From: a virus
Taxonomy: Duplodnaviria > Caudoviricetes
Virus record (IMG/VR): IMGVR_UViG_3300007516_000020
Coordinates: 1-58,892 of that record
DNA: 58,892 nt
Reading direction: 5' to 3' (one strand)
This document shows, one piece after another, positions 41,833 to 54,000 of this stretch. A program made the position numbers and the translations under genes. Under the pieces are notes generated by a model. That model was not told the DNA's origin. It ran no database searches and saw nothing but the letters and a program-made list of their open reading frames with translations. Each line of letters starts with the position of its first letter. Position 1 is the first letter of the stretch.

Positions 41833-42222
41833 ATGGCTAGACCAATCGTTTATCAAGACTTTCCGTTAGACTTCACTATTCATCCTATCCGAAAGGATCT
41901 GGTGCTGTTGTCTAATGAGGACTCGGTGGTTAGGGCCGTCAAGAATTTGCTCCAACTGAATCACTACGAGGTTCCATTCCATCCTGAGATCGGATCAAAT
42001 ATCCGAAAATTGTTATTTGAGAACGTGAGTGACTTTACCGCGCAGGACTTGTCGCGGTTTATTGAAGAGACGATTACAAACTTTGAGCCGCGGGTCACCA
42101 TCCAATCCTTGGTTGTGAGCCCCAACGAAGATCAGAACTCGTATGCCGTCAAACTTAGAGTGATCATCAATGCATCCTCAAAACCGTTGACCGTAGACTT
42201 CATCCTGGAAAGGGTCAGATAA
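41833..42222 (+). CDS. 25: baseplate wedge gp25
   Basis: EVPFHPEIGS, LLFE, NFEPRV, LERVR. Confidence 0.93.
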   Translation: MARPIVYQDFPLDFTIHPIRKDLVLLSNEDSVVRAVKNLLQLNHYEVPFHPEIGSNIRKLLFENVSDFTAQDLSRFIEETITNFEPRVTIQSLVVSPNEDQNSYAVKLRVIINASSKPLTVDFILERVR

Positions 42223-42223
42223 C

Positions 42224-44263
42224 ATGCCTGAGAAATTAGTGGTCACAGACTTAGAGTTTGAAACCATCAAACAAAACCTCAAGACCTTTCTGGGTACCCA
42301 GCAAACCTTCTTGGATTACAACTTCGAAGGTTCGGCGCTGGCAATCCTCATCAATCTCTTGGCGTACAACACCTATTACAACTCGTTCTACACCAACATG
42401 GCTGCGAATGAATTGTTTATCGATTCGGCGCAAATACGCAACTCACTTTTGTCCCACGCAAAATCATTGAATTACACACCTGTCAGTCGCCGTGCACCGA
42501 CAGCCATGTTGAATGTGGTCGTGACACCTCCTGGTGGCAATGGACAGTCACTTTTGACCATTGATCGTTTCACAGAATTCCAGTCACAAGCTATCGATGG
42601 TGTCAACCATACGTTCGTCACAGTCGCCGCGGCATCCGTGTACAAGGAAGTGGGAGTGTTCACATTCCCTTCACTTCAGGTCAAAGGTGGTACCCCACAA
42701 GTCGCAACATTCTCCTATGACGCAATCACCAATCCAGCAGCACGTTTCGAACTACCCAACGATGATATCGACACCAGCACATTGCTAGTGACTGTGCAAG
42801 CCTCCACGGTCAACACAGCATCGGAGGTGTTCACACTTTCCACCGACATCACCGAATCAACATCTCGAAGTGCGGTCTTCTACCTCAGCACCTCAACAAG
42901 CAACAAATATCAATTGTCGTTTGGAGATGGGGAAATCTCGCGAGCCTTGGCAAACGGAAATATTATCATTGCAAGCTACCTCTCCACTTTGGGGGCGGAT
43001 GCCAACAAAGCCAACTCATTTGCCACAGGTTCAATTCAGGGATTTTCCAACGTCTCAGTCCTTCCTGTTTCATCGGCGGCAGGTGGTGCAGATCGTGAAT
43101 CGGACGATTCTATTCGTGTTCACGCCCCTCTCAGCTACACCTCACAAGGTCGTGCGGTTACCCAAAAGGATTATGAAGCACTGTTGAAGCAGCTCTATCC
43201 AGACATTCAAAGCATTTTCGTATGGGGCGGTGAAGATAATGTTCCCCCAGTCTACGGGAAAGTGTTCATCTCCATTGCACCAAAGTCTGGTGTAATTATC
43301 AACATCGCCGAGAAGATTCGAATCGCAACAGAGATTCTTGGTCCTATCTCCATTCTCACAATCACTCCTGAGTTAGTCGATCCAGATTATGTGTACCTCA
43401 AGTTTGAATCTACTGCCGAGGTTGATGGTAAATTGACACTCCTCACCACCTCACAAATTGCTGAAGTGGTGCGTACGGCCATTATCAACTATTCAAATCA
43501 AATATTCAACCAATTCGGCGCAATCTTCGTCATTTCAAAGTTTGGTCGCGCCATCGACGATTCACTCCCAGCAATCATTGGATCTGATACGGTCGTGCGT
43601 CTTGAAAAGCGTTTCATCCCCAACTTCAACATACGCTCAACCTACGTGGTCAGCTTCGCTACAGGATTGAAGAATGCACCAATTCAAAGCGCACTCAAGT
43701 CAACAGCTTTCAAGGTGTATGATGGTTCAAACGTACTGCGAACAGCCTACATCGAAGAAACCTTCAACTCCTCAACGGGTGTAGACTCGATCACCATCAC
43801 GAACCCAGGCTACGGCTACACAGAACCTCCAACAGTTACCATCACAGGAGATGGAACGGGGGTGCGGGCAGAAGCAACTATCGTGAATGGTCGTATCGAA
43901 ACCATTACCGTCACTAAGCGAGGAACATCTTACACTTCAGGTCTTGTCGCAATCACAGGGGGTGGAGGACAAGCAGGTGCAGCCTCAGCGGTTGTACAGT
44001 CAAAGTTTGGCACCTTGCGGTTGTACTACTTCAACAGCAACTCAGAGAAAGTGGTCATCAACCCCGAACTGGGAACCATAGACTACTTTTTGGGTGAATT
44101 GGTGATTAGAGATTTGACCGTGGTAGAGTCGTTGACGGATACGAACGATATTAGAATCAGCGTAGAACCTGACGCCTCCATCATTGAGACCCAACAGAAC
44201 CAACTACTCCTTCTTGATTCAGATGATCCAAGTGCTATCAACATCTCTGTGTTCATCAGGTAA
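42224..44263 (+). CDS. 6: baseplate wedge gp6
   Basis: DYNFEGS, LLAYNTYY, NELFIDSA, FGDG, RAVT..DY, WGGEDN.PPVYGKVFI. Confidence 0.95.
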   Translation: MPEKLVVTDLEFETIKQNLKTFLGTQQTFLDYNFEGSALAILINLLAYNTYYNSFYTNMAANELFIDSAQIRNSLLSHAKSLNYTPVSRRAPTAMLNVVVTPPGGNGQSLLTIDRFTEFQSQAIDGVNHTFVTVAAASVYKEVGVFTFPSLQVKGGTPQVATFSYDAITNPAARFELPNDDIDTSTLLVTVQASTVNTASEVFTLSTDITESTSRSAVFYLSTSTSNKYQLSFGDGEISRALANGNIIIASYLSTLGADANKANSFATGSIQGFSNVSVLPVSSAAGGADRESDDSIRVHAPLSYTSQGRAVTQKDYEALLKQLYPDIQSIFVWGGEDNVPPVYGKVFISIAPKSGVIINIAEKIRIATEILGPISILTITPELVDPDYVYLKFESTAEVDGKLTLLTTSQIAEVVRTAIINYSNQIFNQFGAIFVISKFGRAIDDSLPAIIGSDTVVRLEKRFIPNFNIRSTYVVSFATGLKNAPIQSALKSTAFKVYDGSNVLRTAYIEETFNSSTGVDSITITNPGYGYTEPPTVTITGDGTGVRAEATIVNGRIETITVTKRGTSYTSGLVAITGGGGQAGAASAVVQSKFGTLRLYYFNSNSEKVVINPELGTIDYFLGELVIRDLTVVESLTDTNDIRISVEPDASIIETQQNQLLLLDSDDPSAINISVFIR

Positions 44264-44268
44264 ACACT

Positions 44269-46617
44269 ATGTCCAACACCGTTTCTCTATTAGTACGATC
44301 ACAACTGCCAGAATTTATCCGTAGCGATTACGATACCTTTGTCTCATTCGTTGCAGCATACTACGAATGGATGGATCAAACAGGTAATGCCATTGATCTA
44401 AGCAAAAACATTCCTGTGTACATGGACCTTGATACGACTTTAGATGATTTCACTGAATACTTCATGAAGCAGTTTGTGCCGCTATTCCCACCAGATCGTT
44501 TGAGCAATCCTACGTTCTTCATTCAACATGCCAAGGAATTCTATCGTTCAAGGGGTACCGCCAAAGCCGTGAAGTTATTTTTCCGTCTGTTGTACGGGCA
44601 AGACATTGAGATTTTCTATCCGAAAGTTAGTGTGCTCCGCGCGTCCTCTAGTGGATGGACTGAGATACCTTCGCTACGCCTTGACCCAACCATGTGGACA
44701 ATCCAGTATGGTGACGGTGTAACAACACGCTTTCGCGCATTAGATACTTCATTGGGTACAACTCCTAGTGTGTTTCTGAATGATGCGCTTCAAGTCAGTG
44801 GATTCCGACATTCCCCCAATGAACCGTATTTGATTTTTGATACCGCCCCAGTATTAGGTGTGGAATTGAAAGTTACCTATCCAGGCGAAGAACTCACTGA
44901 CCTTTTCGGTACGAATCGTATTGTGGTACGCATGGTCGGACAAACTTCGGGCGCCACTGCGGTGTCCGAAACACTTCAAGAGGTTATTGCTGATACGATC
45001 ACACAATTAGATTTGGGAGTATCCTCACCGCGGGGCACGTTCACACAGTTTGAAATCGTCAAAGGACGATGGGTATACGATACAGCTACCCAAGCCTATG
45101 TGGACATTTACGGAAGACTTGTTTCCTACCTGGCCTCAATCAGATTGACAGACGGTGGATTAGGATACAATGTTGGTGATCCTGTGATTGTCTCGGGTGG
45201 ATTTCCAGCGAATGCAGCCACCGCAGTAGTAGACTCCATCTTCTCAGCCCTCATTTCAAACATCACGGTCATTTCTGGTGGTGCAGGATATCAGCCTGGG
45301 CAAGCCGCCTACATTACTTCAACGCCTAACACAGGTTTGAATGTGTATGTGTTGTCAGTGGATACCTCTGAAGCTGTGCATCCAAATTCCTATCACATGA
45401 ACCAAGATGTCATGACCCTATGGGCAAACACAGTCATGTCTTCCCCTGATTTCTATTTCACTCCAGGTCTCTCAGAGAACGTGAACACCATCATGTCTCT
45501 TGCCCTCACTGATACGATCTTTGGGAAACAACCGAGCGAACGGTTGGGTCCAGTTTCAACTGTCACAATCACCACAAGCGCAGCGGTCTTCAATCCTGCC
45601 CCCACGCTCGCCATCGATGCACCCACATTGGTTGTCACAGGGATCAACGCAAATAGCAATGTCGCCACAGCTACAGTCTCGCTTGCCTACTTTGGTATTC
45701 TTGGCAAGATGAATGTTCGGAATGGCGGATCGAACTACCAAGTGGGAGATGAAGTGACCTTTGAGAATATCCCAGGTGTGGGGCTCGGCATTGGTGCGGC
45801 CGCTGAAGTGACAAGCCTTCACTTGGCAAATTCTGGTATCAGGACTGTCAACTTCAGACCTTCACGAGTCACAGGCACAGTCAATGTCAATCCTAGTATA
45901 TCCAATACAGAAGTCGTGGGTACAGGAACATTCTTCACCACGGAACTTATGGCAAATGACCGTATTGAAATCAACAGTGAATCGAGCTACGTCTCCACGA
46001 TCATCAACGCCACACACTTCATTGTCAATACTGCCTTCACTCGTACCTCAACCGCACGACGAATGGGTATCTATGGACGTTATTTTATCGGAGGCATGAA
46101 CTACAGTCAAAACAGCCTTCCGACAGTGATTGTGTTTTCTAATAATCCTGTAGCAATAGGGGCGAACATCGCAGCCGAATTAGTCCTCTCAGGCGGGGCG
46201 TCATTCCTCTTAGAGTCCCAAACTGAGGAGCCTGTGGGTAAGATTAGAACTATTCGTATCACGAATCACGGCTATGGCTACCAGTCTAGACCTACAATTG
46301 ATTTGTCGGGTAGCGGTAACGGAAAAGCTAATGCGGTAGCAATCATGCTGAGTAACCTGCTTAAGGGTGCAGGACGATATCAGACCACCGAGGGATTCCT
46401 CAGTTCAGATCAACGTCTACAGGATGAGAGTTATTACACCACATTCTCTTACGTCATACGATCTCAAACTGAACTTGCTAAGTATAAAATGGTCCTCAAG
46501 AACCTTGTGCACCCCGCAGGCGTATCGCTATGGGGAGAGTATGTGATTGAGAACGAGATTCCTGGGGAAACAAGTCTAGCGGCAAATGTCGCCAACACTT
46601 TCCAAGCGACCAGTTGA
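44269..46617 (+). CDS. 7: baseplate wedge initiator gp7-like
   Basis: QLPEFIR, KEFYRSRGT, LQDESYYTTFSYVIRS, LVHPAG. Confidence 0.85.
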   Translation: MSNTVSLLVRSQLPEFIRSDYDTFVSFVAAYYEWMDQTGNAIDLSKNIPVYMDLDTTLDDFTEYFMKQFVPLFPPDRLSNPTFFIQHAKEFYRSRGTAKAVKLFFRLLYGQDIEIFYPKVSVLRASSSGWTEIPSLRLDPTMWTIQYGDGVTTRFRALDTSLGTTPSVFLNDALQVSGFRHSPNEPYLIFDTAPVLGVELKVTYPGEELTDLFGTNRIVVRMVGQTSGATAVSETLQEVIADTITQLDLGVSSPRGTFTQFEIVKGRWVYDTATQAYVDIYGRLVSYLASIRLTDGGLGYNVGDPVIVSGGFPANAATAVVDSIFSALISNITVISGGAGYQPGQAAYITSTPNTGLNVYVLSVDTSEAVHPNSYHMNQDVMTLWANTVMSSPDFYFTPGLSENVNTIMSLALTDTIFGKQPSERLGPVSTVTITTSAAVFNPAPTLAIDAPTLVVTGINANSNVATATVSLAYFGILGKMNVRNGGSNYQVGDEVTFENIPGVGLGIGAAAEVTSLHLANSGIRTVNFRPSRVTGTVNVNPSISNTEVVGTGTFFTTELMANDRIEINSESSYVSTIINATHFIVNTAFTRTSTARRMGIYGRYFIGGMNYSQNSLPTVIVFSNNPVAIGANIAAELVLSGGASFLLESQTEEPVGKIRTIRITNHGYGYQSRPTIDLSGSGNGKANAVAIMLSNLLKGAGRYQTTEGFLSSDQRLQDESYYTTFSYVIRSQTELAKYKMVLKNLVHPAGVSLWGEYVIENEIPGETSLAANVANTFQATS

Positions 46618-46621
46618 AACA

Positions 46622-46629
46622 CATAAATA
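46622..46629 (+). promoter_or_regulatory. late promoter
   Basis: CATAAATA. Confidence 0.7.
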
Positions 46630-46650
46630 GGACAATGGATAAGGAACTTT

Positions 46651-47991
46651 ATGGCGAATAACTTTTCTAGTGTCTCCAGACGCCTCGGCTACGAGCGAGC
46701 ACTCACATTTTATGATAGCTTTGTCACGTCCGCAAACGATGCAGCCGTAGGCTATATCATGATCGGACGCAGCATCACCTGGAATGCGGGCGATGTCCCT
46801 CAGCCAATCTACGACACAGAAAAGTCACTCTTCGATACCTTCAATGACTTTCTTGGTGGAAAGAAGATCACAGGCAATGATGTATTCCCTGTTATCCCGC
46901 GACACAACTGGGTAGCCAATACTATTTGGACACCGTACGACGACGAAAGCAACACACAATTCTCCTCAACCAACTCCATGTTTGTCTACGCAAGCGGCGG
47001 CAATGTCTACAAGTGCTTGAATAATGCCAACGGTGCCTACTCAACCATTGAACCAGCGAATAACTATAGTAGCGCAAACGGATTCACCAGCCCAGGAGAT
47101 GGATACACCTGGAAGTATATGTACAAGGTGCCTAGCGGAAGCAAATTCTTGACTACAACTTGGATGCCTGTTCCACTAACTCAGAGTGGTGCCTATTTTG
47201 GATTTGCCAACAACCTGCTTTCAGGAACGATTTCACGAGTTATTCTCACGACAGGGGGAAATGGTTACTCAAATACCAATACAACGATCTCTGTTACAGG
47301 TTCAGGTCAGGGTGCCAATGTCACAGCGAATGTCAATGCCGCAGGGAACATTCAATCCGTCACTTTAGATGCTCGCGGCGCCGGATACACCAGACACAAC
47401 ACACGAGTGACTATCGTAGGCTCAGGAGCGAATGCCGCGATCCGCACGATTCTTTCACCATACGGCGGTCATGGCTTCAATCCCGCACGAGAACTGGGTG
47501 CCAACTCAGTCATGATCTCCGTGCGAGTGGGAGAAGTAGACTCTACAGAAGGTGGAACAATCACAGCCAATAACGATTTCAGACAGATAGGGGTGCTCAT
47601 GCGCCCACATCGTTACGGAGAAAGTGTCGCAGTAGCTACTGCCAATGCGAACGTGGCAATCAGCATGGTCAGTCAGATCCTTTTGACCTCTGGTTCATCC
47701 TATCTCAAGGATGAATTGGTCTATCAGGGTAGCAATGTTGCCTTCTCATCGTTCTCTGCGAACGTGTCGGACGTGTTCACAAATGCTGTGGAAACCACAC
47801 ACATGCGTGGAGGAATCACCACTGGACAACTCCTTATCGGGAACACATCAGGTATTTCTCGTACTGTTGTGGCATTTACGAACCCAGACCTTGAAGAAGA
47901 GACTGGAGATCTTGTATATACCGAAAATCGCTCACCAGTCACTAGAAGTGTGGGACAGGCCGAGTGGATAAAGATTGTGTTGAATTTCTAA
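46651..47991 (+). CDS. 8: baseplate wedge gp8
   Basis: VYKCLNN, DGYTWKYMY, GGHG, NDFRQIG, YTENRSPVTR. Confidence 0.9.
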   Translation: MANNFSSVSRRLGYERALTFYDSFVTSANDAAVGYIMIGRSITWNAGDVPQPIYDTEKSLFDTFNDFLGGKKITGNDVFPVIPRHNWVANTIWTPYDDESNTQFSSTNSMFVYASGGNVYKCLNNANGAYSTIEPANNYSSANGFTSPGDGYTWKYMYKVPSGSKFLTTTWMPVPLTQSGAYFGFANNLLSGTISRVILTTGGNGYSNTNTTISVTGSGQGANVTANVNAAGNIQSVTLDARGAGYTRHNTRVTIVGSGANAAIRTILSPYGGHGFNPARELGANSVMISVRVGEVDSTEGGTITANNDFRQIGVLMRPHRYGESVAVATANANVAISMVSQILLTSGSSYLKDELVYQGSNVAFSSFSANVSDVFTNAVETTHMRGGITTGQLLIGNTSGISRTVVAFTNPDLEEETGDLVYTENRSPVTRSVGQAEWIKIVLNF

Positions 47992-48000
47992 ACAATGTCT

Positions 48001-48008
48001 TATAAATA
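48001..48008 (+). promoter_or_regulatory. late promoter
   Basis: TATAAATA. Confidence 0.75.
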
Positions 48009-48030
48009 GATCATAACCTGGAGAGATTAC

Positions 48031-51000
48031 ATGGCTATCGATTTGACGCAAGACCCGTATTATGATGATTTTGACGACACAAAGAACTTCCACAAGATTT
48101 TGTTTCGCCCCAGCTTTGCTGTGCAGGCGCGTGAACTCACACAATCTCAGACGATTCTCCAAGATCAAATCAAGAAGTTTGGCAACAACATCTTCCAGAA
48201 CGGCTCTATTGTTACTGGGGGATTGACCACACTTGAATCTCAGGGTACCAAGTATGTCTGTGTTGAAGCCACCGATCCAACGGGCGCCGTTGTTGATGTA
48301 GCGAATTTTATTGGGAAGTTCATTGTTGACGGCGACGATCAAGGCATTCGTGCGTATGTTATCGCCGGCGCTGAAGCCACACTCACGTCCCCAACCGTAC
48401 TCATTGTCAAGTACACCTCTGGACAAGTCTTCAATACCTCACTCACACAGCCTATCACCACAGATGGTGGGGCATACTCTGTTGCGATCATTGCCAGCCT
48501 CAGCACTCCTGTCAACTTCACTGATGTTGTCAGTGGTCTGAAGTTTGGTAGTGCATCTATTTGCAGTATCAATGAGGGTGTCTTTTTCGTTAGTGGATAC
48601 TTCGTGCAAGTATCCCCACAGACCACCATTCTTGATGCCTTCAGCAACACACCAACCTATCGCATAGGACTTGAGATTGAAGAAATCTTAGTTGATGCAA
48701 CAATGGATGCGTCCTTGCTTGACCCCGCACAAGCTGCGACGAACTTCCAAGCACCAGGAGCAGACCGATACCAGATCAACCTAACATTAGTAAAGCGATC
48801 ACTCACCTCTGAGGATGATAGTAAGTTCATTGAGTTGCTTCGCGTGACTGATGGAGTGCTTACCAAGAAAGTTGTGTACCCACTCTATTCAAACCTTGAA
48901 GACACACTCGCTCGGCGTACCAACGATGAATCAGGATCATACACTGTTCGTGCATTCAAGATTGCTACACTGGATCACCCAACACACGCCAATGCCTTCA
49001 ATATCGTTATAGAGCCTGGTAAAGCGTATGTGCAGGGGTATGAATTTGAAACAATTGCTCCAACAGCCATAAAGACAGAACGGGCCCGCGCTGCGGCGAA
49101 CGTCACAAATTATAACACCACCATTGACTTCCAGAATTGGATTGAAGTCACCAACATGGTTGGTCCAATTCCATTCAAGACGCTACAACCCGCAGTCCTC
49201 CATTGTGTGGGCACTGCAAACGTCGCCCTCGCAAACGCAGCGGCCGCTGCGAATACCTCAATGGGCACGCTTCGTGTCCGCGCACTTGATTATCAGAGTG
49301 GTGCGAATGGTACGTCAATCAGCACGGCAGTTTGGAGAGCCTATGCCTTCGATAGTAACATCGGCGAAAGCATCACCGCAAACTGCGCGGCCGCTGGTAG
49401 TGCGAACACCATCTTCCTTGCTCCTAACTTCTCCTCTGTAGCTAATGCCTATGTGGGAGTCAAGTTTACTGTCGTTTCCCATGCGGGTGTGTCACTTTCT
49501 GAAACGCACACGATTGGAAGATACGACGGACCCAACAATCAAGTGTTCTTGCAAGGTACAGAAACCTTTGCCTTTGGTACACCTTCAACAGCGACACGCT
49601 ACAGACTTGACTATGAAGCGAAGGATATTGAATCCATTGTCTATGCGAACACCAGCGTCAACCAACACCTCTTCTCAACGAGTATGGATATTAGCACATC
49701 CAGTAAGGAAGCGTTTCTCATTGACCGATACGAGGGTACATACTTCACTGATACCAGTTTCAATTCATCCATCATTGGACTGCCATATTCCCCTATTGCC
49801 GATCAGACAGTCGTGGGCGGTTCACCGCTAACCAACACTGAATACTTCGGACGTAAAGCCTTCACGGGTCAGAGTTTCACACAAAACGTCACGACAATTA
49901 CGAGTGCTGCGGGTATCACAAGTGCTGTGAACGGAACATTGTCTGGTTCTGATGCCGTAGACAACATCCTTGTCGTGGTAAGAAATGGTACTGGTACGCC
50001 TATTAGTAACAACCAAGTCATCAACTTTTCGTCGGGCAACCCAGGCGGAAACACCGTGGTTGTTACGACAGTTAGCAACACGTCTACTTGGACCATCACG
50101 GTTCCTGATATGAATAGTGCCTCAGCCGCAGACGTGTATGTCAAGGTCAAGCTGCCATACGCTCATGCGCTTGGAAACTTGCTCAAAAGCAAGACAGCGA
50201 GAATTGCTAACGTCCAAAGTGGATTGAATTCAGGTGGTATCCAGATTGCCGACCCAACAGGATTGGTGCAATGGTTCTCACAGGGTTCGGGTACACTAGG
50301 TGCTCAAATCACGATCTATTCTAACTCAGCCGCCTGGTTGAACCTCAAAGATCCAAGCAAGGCGCAGTCACTCTATACCTCAGACGTGATAACACTTCGT
50401 AAGGTCATCGATGTAGGATCAAACTTCATTGAAGATGGTAACGTGGGTATTGCTGCGGATATCACGAGCCGTTACACGCTTGATACAGGACAGCGTGATA
50501 ACTCTTACGATCACGCTTCAATCACACTGAAACCAAACTCTCCGGGTCCATCAGGCAACGTCGTCATCTATGTTGACTATCTCACTCACTCTGGTTTGGG
50601 ATACCTCACCGTGGATTCCTATGCCTCAGCGAACATTGGGTATGCTAATATCCCAACCTATACCTCAGCCACATCGGGAGAGGTGTACAGCTTAGCCGAC
50701 AGTATTGACTTCCGCCCACGCCGACAGGATGCGGATTACAACGGTGTATATGATGAACTGGTATTTGGAATTTCAGGACTCACCTTTGAGACCGATTTCT
50801 CCTACTACCTCCCACGTATTGATAAGGTCATCCTCACACGAGATCGTGTGTTTGAAGTCTTGACAGGCATTCCTTCGTTGGCTCCGGTTCCGCCATCCGA
50901 CAAAGAAAATGCCATGACTTTGTACACCTTGACGCTGCCGGCATATACAGCTTCAACCAAGGATATTCGTCAACGCTACAACGACAACAGACGCTACACG

Positions 51001-54000
51001 ATGCGTGACATTGGTACGTTGGAAAAGCGTATCACGAACTTGGAATACTACACGTCATTGAACTTGCTTGAGCAATCAGCAAAGAGTCTTGAAATCACAG
51101 ACGATACTGGGGCGAATCGTTTCAAGAATGGTATCCTCGTTGATCCATTCAGAGGACACTCTATTGGAGACGTATTGAATCCAGATCATCGTTGTGCGAT
51201 GGACAGAGTGAACGGCGAAATGCGTCCTCCATTCCTCATCAAGAGTCTTGGACTTGCGGTGACCGAAACCAATTCGGCCCACTTTGCCCGTCTCGGCGGT
51301 TTCGTCACGCTACCATATACTGTGGTCACATTTGTCGATCAGTCTCTTGCATCCTTTGCAATCAATGTGAACCCATTCAACACAGTTGCATTCATCGGGC
51401 AATTGAAACTTGATCCTTCCTCAGATACCTGGGTGGACAAGAACCAAGCACCTGACGTGAATGTGAACATTGCTGGTGACTCAGACGCATGGGAAGCCCT
51501 GGCATTCCAGGTCAACAAAGTATCAGCCAACCAGACCTTCGGTGCGACAACTTTTGGAACAATGTGGGATGATTGGGAAACAGATAACTTCGGGGTCACA
51601 CAAAAGAGAAATATTATCAGACCACGACGGGAAGGCAACTCGGGGGCAGCAGCGTTGCCACGATTTAGAAACATTCTCAGCCGTCAGACGGTCACGACTA
51701 CACAGAGCCAGAGCCGTGAGGGCATCAGGAGTGAATTTGGAACAGAAGCAGTCACCGAGTCACTTGGTAACAGGGTGATCGACGTGTCTGTCATTCCTTA
51801 CATGCGCTCAACAGGCGTCTTGTTTGTCGGAAAGATGTTCTCCCCTAACACGAACCTCTATGCCTTCTTTGACGAAACCGCAGTCACGAATTACTGCTTG
51901 CGCTCAAGCGTGGTCAAACTCGCTGGCACAACCTCTGTGTACAGCGACGAGTACCAAAATCCAGAATCAGTGCGTGTATGGGACCCAGCAGGTAACAAGA
52001 ATACCGCCCATGCTATCGTAGTTACGTCCCGTACTCAGTCGGATCACACGAATGTTAGCATCGTGCGTATCACAGGCGGAGACGATGGAAACGTAGCCAA
52101 TGCGTACTTCATGCACACAACCAATTCAACTTTCTTGATTGGTGAAACGAGCGGAGCCAACTCGCGTATCTCAGGCTACTACCATAACTTTGGATTCTGC
52201 GAAAACCCAAATACCTCTAGCATCCTCTTGCAGAGCGACGTAAGGAATTCAAACGTAGCATTTTCCAACACCTTCCTTGTCGGGAAGACCATTCACTTTG
52301 CGACCTCTCAGGGTCTTGGACAATCATCTGTGATTACGTCCTACAATGCGAACACTCGCAACGTGGCATTCAGTCCAGCATTGTCAATCGCACCAAGCAC
52401 CTCCACCGCGTATTCTATCGGTCAGTTCAAAACGGATTATCGCGGAGAAGTGTCTGGTGTGTTTGTTATTCCATCTACAGCCGATGTCCGATTCCGCACA
52501 GGCGAACGACAGTTCACACTTGTTGACTCCTTCTCGGGAACCCTTGAAGGATCAGCTACAAACGGATCAGTCAAGTACACTGCGTCGGGTATGTTGCAGA
52601 CCTCAGAGAATACTCTACTTACCACGAGACAGCCTGTGATTCAGCGTACTGATTTGACTGATGCGCGAACAGTTGTCACCTCAAAGGTAACAGATACCGT
52701 TATCGGTCGCCAGGTAGTCGGGTGGTATGATCCTCTTGCACAGACATTCCTAGTCGATCAGACATTCCACCCATCAGGTGTTATGTTGACGGGTATTCGT
52801 TTGTTGGTCAAGACTTCAGATCCTAACATTCCATTGGCCATACAGCTACGTCCGGTGGTCAACGGATTCCCTCACTCTTCGCAAGTCATCCCTGGTTCAG
52901 ATATCGTCTTGAATGCAAGCGACATCAACCTATGCAGCGAGGAGACTCTAGCCGCAAAGTATGCAGCAGGACTCAATCCATTGGATGATGCGACACTCTA
53001 TACACAAGCCAACTTCAGTGGACCTGTGTTCTTACAGCAAGGCGCAGAATATTGCGTGGTCCTTTTGGCGAACTCTGTGTTGTACCAGGTCTATGTGGTC
53101 CGCATGGGATCAACGATTTTGGGTACCTCGCGAATCAGTTCCGATCAGCCATACCTTGGAGTCTTGTTCAAGTCTCAGAACTCTACAACATGGACCCCAG
53201 TTCAGGAAGAGGACTTGACCTTCCGATTGCTCCGAGCAGAGTTTGACATCAGTGCCCAGGCGAACGTGGAATTTCAGTTATTGGGAAGTGATATCACCGC
53301 CAACGTGCCAATGGATACATTCTTTGTGTCCTCTGGTAACTTGTTGCTCCCAAATACCTCTATTAGTGCATTGACCGCTACAACGACCTCAACAGGATTC
53401 AAAGAAGGAAATGGTTCTATTGAATTGAACGAGAACGTCTACTTTGATGATACGCTTGGTCGTCGTGTAGCGACAACCACAACATCATCATTCAAATTGC
53501 GATTGCTCTTGAATTCATTTGATAGAAAAATTTCCCCGATTGTGGACTTGGACAGACTCTCATTGATTGCTATTGAGAACCTTGCCAATAACCTTGAGCT
53601 AGGTAACTCATCACTTGTCGTGGTCAGTTCTAGCAACAATTGGTTCAATGCAGATGGATTGACTGTTACAATCTCAGGTGGTGGTGGAAGTGGCGCAAAT
53701 GCGTACATTGCCAACACTCAGATTGACAGTAACAACCGTGTTTTGGCTAATGTGGTGGTGGATGCAACGGGCAGCGGATATACCTCTGCACCAACTGTGA
53801 CTATCACAGGAAACAACAGCATCACCGCGAACGTGCAAGTTGTAGGTGAAAATCGTTCTTCAGGTGGACCAGCATTTGCGAAGTACATTACACGTAAGGT
53901 CACACTCGCTGACGGATTAGACGCAGGAGATTTCCGTGTCTACTTTGCAGCCTACAAACCATCAACCGCGAACATCTATGTGTACTACAAGATCCTCTCA